A stretch of 64,000 bases of DNA from Alphaproteobacteria bacterium (GCA_965231875.1 CBDDOM010000003.1:139316-203315); one strand, 5' to 3'; shown: positions 8,530 through 19,171, counted from the first letter of the stretch. Notes: generated by a model not told the origin, from the letters alone. Program-made: numbers and translations.

Positions 8530-9804
8530 ATGGAGTGGGTGATGGTGCTGATGCCGATCGGTCTTCTGATCCTCGGCTTCCCGATCTTCATCATCCTGCT
8601 CGCCACCTCGGCGATCATTCTCCTGTTCTTCATGCAGGTGCCGCTGACCGCGGTTCACCAGGTGATGTTCGGCAGCGTCGACAAATTTGCGCTGATGGCG
8701 GTGCCGTTCTTCATCTTCGCCGGCGAGCTGATGGGCATGGGCGGCATTTCCCAGCGCATCATCTCCTGGGTGATGTCGGTAATCGGCGGGATGCGCGGCA
8801 GCCTGCCGCTGACCACCGTCGGTACCTGCACCATCTTCGGCGCGATCTCCGGTTCGAGCCCGGCAACGGTCGCGGCGGTCGGACGGCTGATGTACCCGCC
8901 GCTGCGCGAGAAGGGCTACAACGAGAAATTCTCGACCGGCGTGCTGACCTCCTCCGGCGCGATCGCCATCGTGATCCCGCCGTCGATCAGCATGATCCTC
9001 TACGGCGCGTCCGCCGAGCAGTCCGTGTCGCATCTCTTCATCGCCGGCATCTTCCCGGGCCTCCTGATGTCGCTGATGATGGGAGGGTACATTTACTGGT
9101 ACGCCACCCGCCGCGACATCCGCGAAGGACAGCCGTTTCAATGGTCTGAGTTCCTGCGGGCGAGCAAGTCGGGTGTCTGGGCGCTCGGCACGCCGGCGAT
9201 CATCCTGGGCGGCATCTATGCCGGCGTCTTCTCGCCCACCGAGGCGGCGGGCATCGCCTGCGTCTACGCGATCGTCGTGACCAAGTTCATCTACGGCGAC
9301 ATCTCCTGGGGCGGGATCTGGGACGTGTCGGTCAGTTCGATGTACCTGACCGCCCAGGTGCTGATCATCGTGGCCGGCGCGGGCGTGTTCTCGTGGCTGC
9401 TGACCGTCAGCGGCATTCCTCAGGCCGCCGTCGCCGGGATCCAGGCGCTCGACGTCCCGCCCTGGGTCATCCTGATGATCATCAACGTTTTCCTGCTGAT
9501 CGTCGGCTGTCTGCTCGACCCCGGATCGGCGATCCTCGTGCTGACCCCGCTGCTCGCGCCCATCGCCGCGGCCATCGGCGTCGACCTGGTGCATTTCGGC
9601 GTCATCATGACGGTGAACCTCGCGATCGGCATGTTCACCCCGCCCTTCGGGCTGAACATCTTCGTCGCCCAGGCGCTGTTCAAGGCGCCGCTCAAGAGCA
9701 TTTACCCCGGGCTGGTGCCGTTCATCATCATCAATATCATCGCCCTGGTGATCGTTACCTACGTGCCCGAGTTGTCGCTCTACTTGTTGAAATTCCTGGG
9801 CTGA
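8530..9804 (+). CDS. dctM: TRAP transporter large permease (DctM family)
   Basis: 424 aa polytopic membrane protein. The FALMAVPFFIFAGELMGMGGIS motif is typical of DctM. A GGGAG Shine-Dalgarno lies upstream. Confidence 0.9.
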   Translation: MEWVMVLMPIGLLILGFPIFIILLATSAIILLFFMQVPLTAVHQVMFGSVDKFALMAVPFFIFAGELMGMGGISQRIISWVMSVIGGMRGSLPLTTVGTCTIFGAISGSSPATVAAVGRLMYPPLREKGYNEKFSTGVLTSSGAIAIVIPPSISMILYGASAEQSVSHLFIAGIFPGLLMSLMMGGYIYWYATRRDIREGQPFQWSEFLRASKSGVWALGTPAIILGGIYAGVFSPTEAAGIACVYAIVVTKFIYGDISWGGIWDVSVSSMYLTAQVLIIVAGAGVFSWLLTVSGIPQAAVAGIQALDVPPWVILMIINVFLLIVGCLLDPGSAILVLTPLLAPIAAAIGVDLVHFGVIMTVNLAIGMFTPPFGLNIFVAQALFKAPLKSIYPGLVPFIIINIIALVIVTYVPELSLYLLKFLG

Positions 9805-9850
9805 CCGACCTGCGATGCGCGGCCGATCCTGTCTCAGTCCCCATGCAGGA

Positions 9851-9860
9851 CCCCCCCCCC
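9851..9860. repeat. homopolymeric C10 tract (intergenic)
   Basis: Ten consecutive C read directly at 9851-9860, between the dctM stop and the tctC-like start. Confidence 0.95.
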
Positions 9861-9974
9861 ACATTTCGCGTTAAGTCAGCGCGGCAACCGTGCCAATACT
9901 TCGCCCCTATCCGCTCGGCTGCTTCTCCAGCGCGGGGCGGCTACCCTGACAAGGTTCGTAACAGGAGAATCCGA

Positions 9975-11072
9975 ATGTCCTTGAATTGCAGTTCCGTTCG
10001 GGGTCTGGCCGCCGGCGTTGCCGCGACCCTGGCCGCCGTTCTGCCTCTGTCGGCGTTCGCCGATATGTCCGGCAAGACGGTCCAATGGGTGATTCCGTTC
10101 TCGGAGACCGGCGGCTCGGCCAAATGGGCCAACTTCTTCGCGCCGTTGTTGAGCGAAGCGCTGCCGGGCAAGCCGACCGTGGTGGTCAAATTCATGCCGG
10201 GCGCGGGTTCGACGAAAGGCGCGAACTGGTTCCAGCGGCAGAAGCACAAGGACGGCACCCTGCTGTTCGGTTCTTCCGGTTCGACGCAGTTCCCCTATCT
10301 TCTTGGCGACCCGCGGGTGCGCTACGAATACAAGGATTGGAACCCCGTCATGGCCACGGGTACCGGCGGGGTGGCCTATCTGAACGCGAAGGCCGGCGCG
10401 AAGTTCGACGGTACCGCCAATAAGCTCAAGGATATCGAGTTCATTTACGGTTCGCAGGGCGCGACCCGGCTCGACCTCGTTCCCCTTCTGGCGTGGCGGA
10501 TGCTGGGCATGAAGGTCGAGCCCGTCTTCGGCATCAAGGGACGCGGCGACGGTCGCCTGATGTTCGAGCGCGGCGAGGCCAATATCGACTACCAGACCTC
10601 TTCGGCGTATCTGTCGGGCTCGATGCCGCTGGTGAAGGCGGGGACCGCGGTGCCGATGATGTCGTGGGGCGCGCTGGACGCGAACGGCAACATCGTGCGC
10701 GATCCGACTTTCCCCGGTATCGCGACCTTCAAGGAGGTCTGCGAGGCGACGACCGGCTGCGAGACCAAGGGAGACGCCTGGGATGCGTGGAAAGCTTTCT
10801 TCATCGCCGGTTTCCCGTCGCAGAAGATCGCTTTCCTGCCGCGCGGCACGCCCAAGGATGTGATCGACACCTATGTGAGTGCGTTCGCCAAGGTCAAGGC
10901 GCGGCCCGACTTCGCGAAGATTTCGGCCAAGAGAGTCGGAAAGTACCCGATGTTCGTGGGGGCCGGTGCCAAGGCCGCGCTGGGCACCGCCACATCGGTG
11001 CCCGACAAGGCCAAGGCTTTCGTGACCGACTGGCTGAAAGAAGCCTACGGCGTCTCGCTGAAGAAGAAGTGA
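9975..11072 (+). CDS. tripartite tricarboxylate transporter substrate-binding protein (TctC/Bug family, divergent and long)
   Basis: ATG 9975 is preceded by AGGAG (9963-9967). Signal peptide MSLNCSSVRGLAAGVAATLAAVLPLSAFA. The pattern VIPFSETGGSAKW...VVVKFMPGAGSTKG matches the TctC I-P-x-x-x-GG ... PGAGG pattern. Confidence 0.75.
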   Translation: MSLNCSSVRGLAAGVAATLAAVLPLSAFADMSGKTVQWVIPFSETGGSAKWANFFAPLLSEALPGKPTVVVKFMPGAGSTKGANWFQRQKHKDGTLLFGSSGSTQFPYLLGDPRVRYEYKDWNPVMATGTGGVAYLNAKAGAKFDGTANKLKDIEFIYGSQGATRLDLVPLLAWRMLGMKVEPVFGIKGRGDGRLMFERGEANIDYQTSSAYLSGSMPLVKAGTAVPMMSWGALDANGNIVRDPTFPGIATFKEVCEATTGCETKGDAWDAWKAFFIAGFPSQKIAFLPRGTPKDVIDTYVSAFAKVKARPDFAKISAKRVGKYPMFVGAGAKAALGTATSVPDKAKAFVTDWLKEAYGVSLKKK

Positions 11073-11161
11073 CGACCGTGTCCGATACCCGCCCTCACCG
11101 CTGCCAAGGGGTGCCGACCGTCTAGCCGGAGACAGACAACGGGCTGGAGGAGGGGCCTTCC

Positions 11162-13192
11162 ATGGAATTTCTGACCGGGGCGCTCCCAGCGTTGGGCGAA
11201 GCCGCGAACCTGATCTTCCAGCCCGTCGTTCTCGGATATCTGGTTCTTGGCGTGGTGATGGGCCTCGCCATCGGCGTCTTCCCGGGGCTCGGCGGGATCG
11301 CGGGCCTCTCGCTGCTGCTGCCGTTCATGTTCGGCATGGACCCGGTCCTCGGCCTTGCGCTGATGATCGGCATGGTGGCGGTTGTACCGACCTCGGACAC
11401 CTTCGCATCGGTCCTGATGGGCATTCCCGGTTCGTCGGCATCCCAGGCGACGGTGCTCGACGGGTTTCCCATGGCGCGGAAAGGGGAGGCGGCACGCGCC
11501 CTCTCGGCGGCCTTCTCGTCCTCGCTGTTCGGCGGGCTGGTCGGCGCCACGTTTCTAACCTTCTTCATTCTGGCCGCCCGGCCGCTGGTTCTCGCCTTCG
11601 GCCTGCCGGAAATGCTGATGGTGACGATCCTCGGCCTTTCCATGGTGGCGATACTGGCCGGGCGGATCGCGCTCAAGGGGCTCGCGGCCGCGGGGCTCGG
11701 GCTGATGGTGGGGACGATCGGCGAGGCCGACGCGGGCGGCAGCCTGCGCATGGCGACCTATGACATTCCCTATCTGACCGACGGGCTGAAGCTGGTCATC
11801 GTCGGACTCGGCATTTTCGCGATCCCCGAGATCGTTTCCCTGCTGCGCCAGGACAAGTCCATTTCCAGCACCGCCACGCTGGGCGGCGGCTGGCTGGACG
11901 GCGTGCGGGACTGGTTTGCCAATATCTGGCTCTCGATCCGCTGTTCGCTCATCGGAGTCGCGGTCGGCGTGATCCCCGGCCTCGGCGGTTCGGTGGTGGA
12001 CTGGATCGCCTACGGCCACGCCGTCCAGACCACGAAAGACAAGTCGCAGTTCGGCAAGGGCGAGATTCGCGGGATCGTCGGACCGGAAAGCTCCAACAAC
12101 GCCAAGGAAGGCGGCGGGCTGGTGCCCACGCTCCTGTTCGGCATCCCCGGCTCCGGCTCCATGGCGGTGTTCATCGGCGCGGTGGCGCTGCTCGGCTCCG
12201 GCGATATCGAAGTCGGTCCGTCGATGCTCAAGAACAATCTCGACATCACCTATTCCATCGTCTGGCTGCTGGCGCTGGCCAACGTGGTGGGCACCCTGCT
12301 CTGCATCGCTGCCTCGGGCGGGATCGCGCGCCTGACGACCATCCGCTTCACGCTGGTCGCGCCCTTCCTGTTCATGCTGATCGCCTTTGCCGCGTTCCAG
12401 TCGGGCCAGGATCTTTTCGACCTGGTGGCGCTCTTCGCCATCGGCCTTATCGGGATCTTCCTGCGCCGGTTCGACTGGTCGCGCCCGGCGTTCCTGATCG
12501 GTTTCGTGCTGTCGAATCCGGCCGAGACCTTCACCAATCAGGCCTATCAGATCGCGGCCAGCCGGTTCCGCAAGGGTTTCGAGGAAGGCATCGACTATAT
12601 CTTCAGCCCGATTGTCATCGTTCTGCTCGTCGTGACGGTGGTTTCTATCTTCTTCGGTATTCGCCAGGCGAAGTCGATTCAGGCAGAAGGCGACGTCCAG
12701 TCGGGTTCGAAACGCGCGCCGCTGATCTTTCTTCTTGTGTTTACGGCCTATCTGGCGATCGCCGTGGTCGACGCCTCGACGATCCCCGACGACGTCTTTA
12801 CCGACAAGGTGTTCCCGCTGACGATCGGCGGCATCTCGGTGGTGTGCTGCCTCTGCTTGCTCTTCCGGATGATGATCCGGCCCGAGACCGACACGATATT
12901 CGCCGACAAGGAGGTTGCCGGGGAAGATGCGGAGGCGGGCCACGGGCTCTGGTCCACGCTCGCATGGTTCGCCGGGCTCCTCGCGTTGAGCGCCGTCTTC
13001 GGCTTCATCATCGCGCTGGCGCTGTTCCTTCTCGCCTTCTTCCGGTTCAGGGCGGGTCTGGAATGGGCGCGGTCGGCGATCTTCACCGCCGCGGGCATCG
13101 CTTTCATGTGCCTTGTCGCCGGACTGCTTAACCGGGATTTCCCGCCGGGCCTGCTGCAGTCCCTGGTCGAACTGCCCTGGCCACTGACGTAG
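11162..13192 (+). CDS. tripartite tricarboxylate transporter permease TctA with a fused C-terminal TctB-like 4-TM domain
   Basis: 676 aa. N-terminal TctA pattern GVVMGLAIGVFPGLGGIAG...GIPGSSASQATVLDGFPMARKG. After about residue 505 there are four extra hydrophobic helices (nt about 12674-13189). Confidence 0.85.
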   Translation: MEFLTGALPALGEAANLIFQPVVLGYLVLGVVMGLAIGVFPGLGGIAGLSLLLPFMFGMDPVLGLALMIGMVAVVPTSDTFASVLMGIPGSSASQATVLDGFPMARKGEAARALSAAFSSSLFGGLVGATFLTFFILAARPLVLAFGLPEMLMVTILGLSMVAILAGRIALKGLAAAGLGLMVGTIGEADAGGSLRMATYDIPYLTDGLKLVIVGLGIFAIPEIVSLLRQDKSISSTATLGGGWLDGVRDWFANIWLSIRCSLIGVAVGVIPGLGGSVVDWIAYGHAVQTTKDKSQFGKGEIRGIVGPESSNNAKEGGGLVPTLLFGIPGSGSMAVFIGAVALLGSGDIEVGPSMLKNNLDITYSIVWLLALANVVGTLLCIAASGGIARLTTIRFTLVAPFLFMLIAFAAFQSGQDLFDLVALFAIGLIGIFLRRFDWSRPAFLIGFVLSNPAETFTNQAYQIAASRFRKGFEEGIDYIFSPIVIVLLVVTVVSIFFGIRQAKSIQAEGDVQSGSKRAPLIFLLVFTAYLAIAVVDASTIPDDVFTDKVFPLTIGGISVVCCLCLLFRMMIRPETDTIFADKEVAGEDAEAGHGLWSTLAWFAGLLALSAVFGFIIALALFLLAFFRFRAGLEWARSAIFTAAGIAFMCLVAGLLNRDFPPGLLQSLVELPWPLT

Positions 13193-13202
13193 GCCGCACG
13201 GC

Positions 13203-14924
13203 TCAGGCGAGCGCTTCGGCCAGCAGTTTTTGGACGTGCTCGTTGACGTCCCGGCTGCGGTGACGCGCGATCTTGCCGGACGGGTGAAGCGGCTCGTCGA
13301 AGAAGAAGTCGGGAAGCTCGTCGTCCTCTTCCGTGAAGCCGGCCTGGCGGTTGAATTCCCACTCGTCGCGCAGCGTCTCGTGGCCCAGCCGGCGGTAGAA
13401 CGACTCGTCGAGATCCGTGCCGTGCGCGTCGTTGAGCGCGCCGATCATGAAGTCGATATTTTCGTTGGTCACGGTGCGCCCGAACACGCAGAGCCCGAGA
13501 GAATCGGCGGTCGCGCATAGCGTTTGCACGTCGAAGCTCGCCTCGGTCAGCTCCTCGGTCGTCTTCCCGTCACAGACGAAGGCAGGGATGTTGCCCGTGG
13601 TGTGATCCGCGCCCTGGGCCGTCACCATCATCGAGATACCCGTGACCTCGATGACGCGCGGGTCGTAGGCGCTGATTCCCTGCTTCTTGATTACCGGGAC
13701 GCGGGCGACCTTGTAGTGCTCGCCAACCCTGGCGGTTCCCTGGGCGAAGACCCTGCCGCGCTCGGTCCCGTCGCGGATGTCCTGCAGAACGTCCGCCATG
13801 AAGGCGGGATCCCCGAACTCGCCCAGCCCCGCCTCCATGAGGACGCCGATGGTGGCGCCGATCTCGATCGAATCGACGCCGAGATCGTTGGCGATGTGGT
13901 TGAGCCTGGCGACGTCGTCCGGGTCTTCCAGCCCGCAATTGGTCCCCATGAGCCCGAGGGTCTCGTATTCGAGCGGCGAAACGATCTCTTCGCCTTCCGG
14001 TCCGGCATAAATGTTCGAGCACCGAATCATGCAGCCCGGCATACAGGCATGGGTCGGCTCGCCGCCGCGCGACAGGTTGCGCTCGCGAATGTGCTCGCCG
14101 CCGAGCTTGAACGTTTCCTTCTCCTTGTCGACCAGCTGGCCGGAGGAGAAGTTGCGCGTCGGCAGCCCGCCGATGGTGTTGGTGAAGTCGCCGACCATCG
14201 CGGTGCCGAGATTGCGCAGCGCGTTGATCGCGGCATCCGCGTCCAGCATCTTGTTGTACTCGCGGACCGAGCCCATCAGCTTCTTGCGGTCGTGGAAGGT
14301 CGGCATCCTGTCGCGGTCGACGACGATCGCCTTGACCTTCTTGCTCCCCATCACCGCGCCGACCCCGCCGCGCGCCGCGATGCGAACCGGCCGACCCTCG
14401 GGATCGGTGAAGGAAATCCCCGCGATCAGCCCCATATACTCGCCGACCGGTCCGCACAGGCCGACGCTCACCTTGTCGCCGTACTTCTCGAGCAGCAGCT
14501 TCGCCGCCTCGATATTCCCCATCCCGAGATAGGGTTCGGCGTCCTCGAAGGTGATCTCGCCGTCCTTGTGGATGTAGATCACCGTCCAGTCGTCGGAGGC
14601 GCCGTAGAGGTTGAACCCGGCAATCTCGATCTGACCCAGGGCGAAGGCGAAAGTACCGCCCGAATTCGCTTCCTTGACGCCGCCGGTGAGTGGGCTCTTG
14701 CAGCCGATCGAAAGGCGGTTCGCGTTCGAGAAATTGGAGCCCGCGAACGGGCCGGCGGAGAAAATCAACGGGTTCTCGGGCGACAGCGGGTCGACCTTCG
14801 CCGCGCCCTTCTCAAGCAACGTCCTGGCGATCAGGTGCCGGCCGGCGCGGATGATGTCCTCGCCGTGCAGCTCCTCGGTCTCGATCGATCGGTCGTCAAG
14901 GTCGATGTGAAGGTATTTTCTCAT
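13203..14924 (-). CDS. aldehyde:ferredoxin oxidoreductase family (tungsto/molybdopterin, 4Fe-4S) protein
   Basis: Start chosen at ATG 14924 (MRKYLHIDLDDRSIETEE). Motifs KSPLTGGVKEANSGG, HACMPGCMIRCS and DSLGLCVFG (cluster Cys ligands) are AOR-family hallmarks. Confidence 0.85.
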   Translation of the reverse strand: MRKYLHIDLDDRSIETEELHGEDIIRAGRHLIARTLLEKGAAKVDPLSPENPLIFSAGPFAGSNFSNANRLSIGCKSPLTGGVKEANSGGTFAFALGQIEIAGFNLYGASDDWTVIYIHKDGEITFEDAEPYLGMGNIEAAKLLLEKYGDKVSVGLCGPVGEYMGLIAGISFTDPEGRPVRIAARGGVGAVMGSKKVKAIVVDRDRMPTFHDRKKLMGSVREYNKMLDADAAINALRNLGTAMVGDFTNTIGGLPTRNFSSGQLVDKEKETFKLGGEHIRERNLSRGGEPTHACMPGCMIRCSNIYAGPEGEEIVSPLEYETLGLMGTNCGLEDPDDVARLNHIANDLGVDSIEIGATIGVLMEAGLGEFGDPAFMADVLQDIRDGTERGRVFAQGTARVGEHYKVARVPVIKKQGISAYDPRVIEVTGISMMVTAQGADHTTGNIPAFVCDGKTTEELTEASFDVQTLCATADSLGLCVFGRTVTNENIDFMIGALNDAHGTDLDESFYRRLGHETLRDEWEFNRQAGFTEEDDELPDFFFDEPLHPSGKIARHRSRDVNEHVQKLLAEALA

Positions 14925-15009
14925 TCCGTTCGCATCCCGGGTCATACGCGATTGGCGGCCATTGTGCGGGATTTTGCCCGGCGGGTGCCAGTTCTTTCGC
15001 CGCGGTCCG

Positions 15010-16599
15010 TCATGCGCCGGGCGGGTCGGACGACCCGACCCGCTCATGCCATAGCGTTTTCAGCGCCTCGCGCCGGATCTTGCCCCGGTCCGACTTGGGC
15101 AGGCTGTCGACGACGAACACCGACTTGGGAAGCTTGAAGTCGGGCAGGTGGCGGGCGCAGCCCGAAACCACGCTCTCCGGCCGCAGCGACGCGCCGGACC
15201 GGGCGACGACGAAGGCCACGATCTCCTCCCCGTAGATCGGATCGGGAACCCCTACGGCGGCCGCTTCCTCGATTCCCGTAAGGCGCATCAAGACGCCGTC
15301 GATCTCCAGCGGCGCGATGTTCACCCCACCCCGGATAATCAGGTCCTTCACCCGTCCGGTGACGGTGACGAAGCCGTCTTCGTCGGCCACGCCTATGTCG
15401 CCGGTCCGGAACCATTCATCGAGTCGGGTCGGGCGCATGTCCCGATATTCGCCCGAAGGCGCGATCGCGGCGACCGCGGTCTGGGGCCCCCGTATCGCAA
15501 TCTCGCCCTCGACGCCATGGGGGCAGGGGCCTCCGGCCGGATCGAGGATCGCGAACTCGATATGCGCGGCGGGCTGCCCGACGGTGCCCACCTTCCGGTT
15601 GTCGTGCCGGTTGCCGCACAGCCAGCCGCCCTCGGACGCGCCATAGAATTGAAGCAGGGTGATACCGTAGATCTCCTCGAATCTGCGCCATCTGTCCGGC
15701 GAGAGCGGGGCGGAGCTCGACGTCATCAGGCGCAACGAATCGATCCGGCCCCGTTCGATATCGACCGGCCGGTTGAGCAGCATGTTGATCACCGTCGGGA
15801 CGCCGATGGCGACCGTGATCCGGTTGTCCTCGATCCAGTCGAAGAAGCGGCCGTGCGAGAACTGCCGCGCCATGTGAAGCGTGAGGCCGGTCTGCAGGAA
15901 CGGCATCAGCGCGAGAATCTGCGGGGAGAGCCAGCTGAAGGTACGGTATTCGAGCAGCCGGTCGTCCCCCGTCATCCCGGTGAAATCGATGCTGGAGAGG
16001 CCGCAAAGCCACAGCCCCAGATGATCCCATTCCACGCATTTGGGACGATCCGTCGTGCCGGAGGTTGAAAAGATGCAGGCGGTATCGGCCGCGAGATTGG
16101 TTCCACGGGGTAAGCACCCACGCTCCATCGCGGCGACGGACGCGAACAGTTCGCCGGGTTCGGAATCGCCTTCGGGCCAGGAGGAAAACCGGACCGAGCG
16201 GTAGCCCAACCCCCCGATGATCTCTTCTCCGTCCAGGTCCGCGTCCCAGAGCACGATCCGTGGATCGATATAGGTAACGATCGCCCGAAGGTGCTCGACG
16301 GTCATCTCGACATGGAACGGGCAGGCGATGGCGCCGATTCTCCAGACAGCGAGAAAGACCAGCAACTTCTCGATCCGTTCGTCGGCGAGCAGCACCACCT
16401 TGTCGCCGCGCCCGACGCCCGCCCCCTCCAGCCAGAGGGCGATTCGCTCGACCGCCTCGTGCAGTCCCGCGAAGTCGATTTCCTTGCCGCCGTCGAGGTC
16501 GACGATGGCGGTCTTTTCCGGATGCTTCCCGGCGTGCCGCGCGAGCAGGTCGGCGATAGTGGAAAAAGGTATGGCGAGGTCGCGGGAAGTCTCCTGCAT
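15010..16599 (-). CDS. AMP-dependent acyl-CoA synthetase/ligase
   Basis: 529 aa. AMP-binding signature [14 protein letters not shown] and C-terminal [22 protein letters not shown]. Confidence 0.85.
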   Translation of the reverse strand: MQETSRDLAIPFSTIADLLARHAGKHPEKTAIVDLDGGKEIDFAGLHEAVERIALWLEGAGVGRGDKVVLLADERIEKLLVFLAVWRIGAIACPFHVEMTVEHLRAIVTYIDPRIVLWDADLDGEEIIGGLGYRSVRFSSWPEGDSEPGELFASVAAMERGCLPRGTNLAADTACIFSTSGTTDRPKCVEWDHLGLWLCGLSSIDFTGMTGDDRLLEYRTFSWLSPQILALMPFLQTGLTLHMARQFSHGRFFDWIEDNRITVAIGVPTVINMLLNRPVDIERGRIDSLRLMTSSSAPLSPDRWRRFEEIYGITLLQFYGASEGGWLCGNRHDNRKVGTVGQPAAHIEFAILDPAGGPCPHGVEGEIAIRGPQTAVAAIAPSGEYRDMRPTRLDEWFRTGDIGVADEDGFVTVTGRVKDLIIRGGVNIAPLEIDGVLMRLTGIEEAAAVGVPDPIYGEEIVAFVVARSGASLRPESVVSGCARHLPDFKLPKSVFVVDSLPKSDRGKIRREALKTLWHERVGSSDPPGA

Positions 16600-16684
16600 C
16601 GCGCGAAACTAATCGATTCGCCCGCCGAGTCGAAGTCTCGGCCTGTAACGGGAAAGGAGGCGATTGCCGAACGATTCCGAACGG

Positions 16685-16712
16685 TTGACTGGGCCTCGCC
16701 AGCCCCTATAAT
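16685..16712 (+). promoter_or_regulatory. near-consensus sigma70-type promoter upstream of rpsM
   Basis: TTGACT (16685-16690), a 16-nt spacer, then TATAAT (16707-16712). Followed by AGGAGG (16768-16773) and the GTG start at 16780. Confidence 0.55.
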
Positions 16713-16779
16713 CCGGCCTCCCGGATGGGGATACCCATTTTCGGAACCCCGGAGTTCATGCCGAAGCAGGAGGCGCGTC

Positions 16780-17142
<363 letters not shown>

Positions 17143-17169
17143 CCGCGTCCGGCGTTTACCGAGGACAAG

Positions 17170-17562
17170 ATGGCACGACAGACCGCAACGCGCGTCCGCC
17201 GCCGCGAACGAAAGAACATCACCGCCGGCGTCGCGCATGTGAACGCGTCCTTCAACAACACCAAGATCACCATCACCGACGCCCAGGGCAACACGATCTC
17301 GTGGTCGTCGGCGGGCTCTCAGGGTTTCAAGGGCTCGCGCAAGTCGACCCCCTACGCCGCGCAGATCGCGGCGGAAGACGCGGGGAAGAAGGCGATGGAA
17401 CACGGCATGAAGACGCTCGAAATCCAGGTCAAGGGGCCGGGTTCGGGCCGCGAATCTGCGCTGCGCGCGCTTCAGGCGGTCGGCTTCTCGATCACCTCGA
17501 TCCGCGATGTGACGCCCATCCCCCATAACGGCTGCCGCCCGCGCAAGCGCCGCCGGGTCTAG
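17170..17562 (+). CDS. rpsK: 30S ribosomal protein S11
   Basis: 130 aa; [22 protein letters not shown]...[20 protein letters not shown]. Confidence 0.97.
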   Translation: MARQTATRVRRRERKNITAGVAHVNASFNNTKITITDAQGNTISWSSAGSQGFKGSRKSTPYAAQIAAEDAGKKAMEHGMKTLEIQVKGPGSGRESALRALQAVGFSITSIRDVTPIPHNGCRPRKRRRV

Positions 17563-17654
17563 GCTCTCCGCCCGTCTCACAGCCGCGGCTGGTCCGCGCT
17601 TCGTTCGGCGGCACTCTCGCCGCCGGGTCACAATCGCCGCCAAGGATCGGAACG

Positions 17655-18677
17655 ATGTCGATTATTCAGAAAAACTGGCAAGAGCTGATCAAGCCGAGCA
17701 AGCTGGAGATCATCCCCGGCGCCGACCCGGCCCGGTTCGCGAGAATCGTCGCGGAGCCGCTCGAACGCGGGTTCGGAGTCACGCTCGGCAACGCGCTGAG
17801 GCGCGTGCTCCTGTCTTCCCTCCAGGGTGCGGCGTGCACCGCAATCCAGATCGACGGCGTGCTGCATGAATTTTCCTCGATCCCCGGGGTGCGGGAGGAC
17901 GTCACCGACATCGTCCTCAACGTCAAGAGCCTCGCGCTGCGCATGCACGGCGATGGGCCCAAGCGCATGTATCTGGAAGGCAGCGGTCCGGGCGAAATTA
18001 CCGCCGGCATGATCGAAGCCGGCCACGACATCGAAATCGTCGAACCCGACATCGCGATCTGCACGCTCGACGACGGCGCCAAGATCTCCATGGAGCTCAC
18101 CGTCGATTCCGGCAAGGGTTACGTCCCGTCCACCCAGAACCGCGCGGCCGACGCCCCGATCGGGCTGGTGCCGGTCGACGCCGTGTTCAGCCCGGTTCGC
18201 AAGGTGGCGTTCCAGGTCGAGAACACGCGCGTGGGCCAGATAACGGATTACGACAAGCTGTCGCTCGATATCGAGACCAACGGCGTGATCACGCCGGAGG
18301 ATGCCGTCGCGCTCGCCGCCCGGATACTGCAGGACCAGCTACAGCTCTTCATCAACTTCGAGGAGCCCTCGACCAAGGCCGAGGAGATCCTGCCCGCCGA
18401 ACCGACGTTCAACAAGAATCTGCTCCGGAAGGTGGACGAGCTGGAACTCTCGGTGCGCTCCGCCAACTGCCTCAAGAACGACAACATCATTTACATCGGC
18501 GACCTCGTGCAGAAGAGCGAGCAGGAGATGCTTCGCACCCCCAATTTCGGCCGCAAGTCCCTGAACGAGATCAAGGAAGTGCTCGCCCAGATGGGACTGG
18601 AGCTCGGCATGGAGATCGTCAACTGGCCGCCCGAGAACATCGAAGAACTCGCCCGGCGGCTGGACGAGCCCTTCTAG
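17655..18677 (+). CDS. rpoA: DNA-directed RNA polymerase alpha subunit
   Basis: 340 aa; ...[22 protein letters not shown]... and C-terminal domain [22 protein letters not shown]. Confidence 0.97.
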   Translation: MSIIQKNWQELIKPSKLEIIPGADPARFARIVAEPLERGFGVTLGNALRRVLLSSLQGAACTAIQIDGVLHEFSSIPGVREDVTDIVLNVKSLALRMHGDGPKRMYLEGSGPGEITAGMIEAGHDIEIVEPDIAICTLDDGAKISMELTVDSGKGYVPSTQNRAADAPIGLVPVDAVFSPVRKVAFQVENTRVGQITDYDKLSLDIETNGVITPEDAVALAARILQDQLQLFINFEEPSTKAEEILPAEPTFNKNLLRKVDELELSVRSANCLKNDNIIYIGDLVQKSEQEMLRTPNFGRKSLNEIKEVLAQMGLELGMEIVNWPPENIEELARRLDEPF

Positions 18678-18705
18678 GCGAACGGTACCAGCGGGGAGAA
18701 GCGCC

Positions 18706-19146
18706 ATGCGACATCGCCTGAAGGGCCGCAAGCTCAACCGGACCAGCGCCCACCGCACCGCCATGTTCCGCAACATGGCCGCGGCGCTCGTGAAGCACGA
18801 GCAGATCACCACCACCCTGCCAAAGGCGAAGGAGCTCAGGCCCGTCGTCGAGCGGCTGATTACGCTCGGCAAGCGCGGTCCCGAAGACCTCCACGCCCGG
18901 CGTCAGGCGATCCGCAGGCTCGCCGGGGACGCCAAGCTCGCCGACAAGCTGTTCACCACGCTCGCCGAGCGCTACGCCGACCGCAAAGGCGGCTACACGA
19001 GGGTGCTGCGGGCGGGCTTCCGCTATGGCGATTCGGCGCCGATGGCAGTGATCGAGCTGGTCGACCGAGACCCCGAAGCGAAGGGACTCGATTCGGGTCC
19101 CGTACCCGAGCGCGCTCCGGTCGAGGAGGAGGAAGCGGTCGCCTGA
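18706..19146 (+). CDS. rplQ: 50S ribosomal protein L17
   Basis: [45 protein letters not shown]. Confidence 0.97.
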   Translation: MRHRLKGRKLNRTSAHRTAMFRNMAAALVKHEQITTTLPKAKELRPVVERLITLGKRGPEDLHARRQAIRRLAGDAKLADKLFTTLAERYADRKGGYTRVLRAGFRYGDSAPMAVIELVDRDPEAKGLDSGPVPERAPVEEEEAVA

Positions 19147-19171
19147 CCGGTCGGCGCAGGCGCAAGGTCGA

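Noticed and set aside
9393-9974. N-terminal extension of the TctC-like ORF overlapping dctM. Similar 5' extensions occur on ORFs at 3657-4991, 7740, 13203-15047, 22009, 27662, 40179, 40811, 46217, 53454, 54786, 58682 and 62692.
   Set aside because: The extensions overlap well-supported upstream genes and have Arg/Pro-rich composition. Internal ATG/GTG starts with Shine-Dalgarno sequences, signal peptides or stop-start overlaps fit better.
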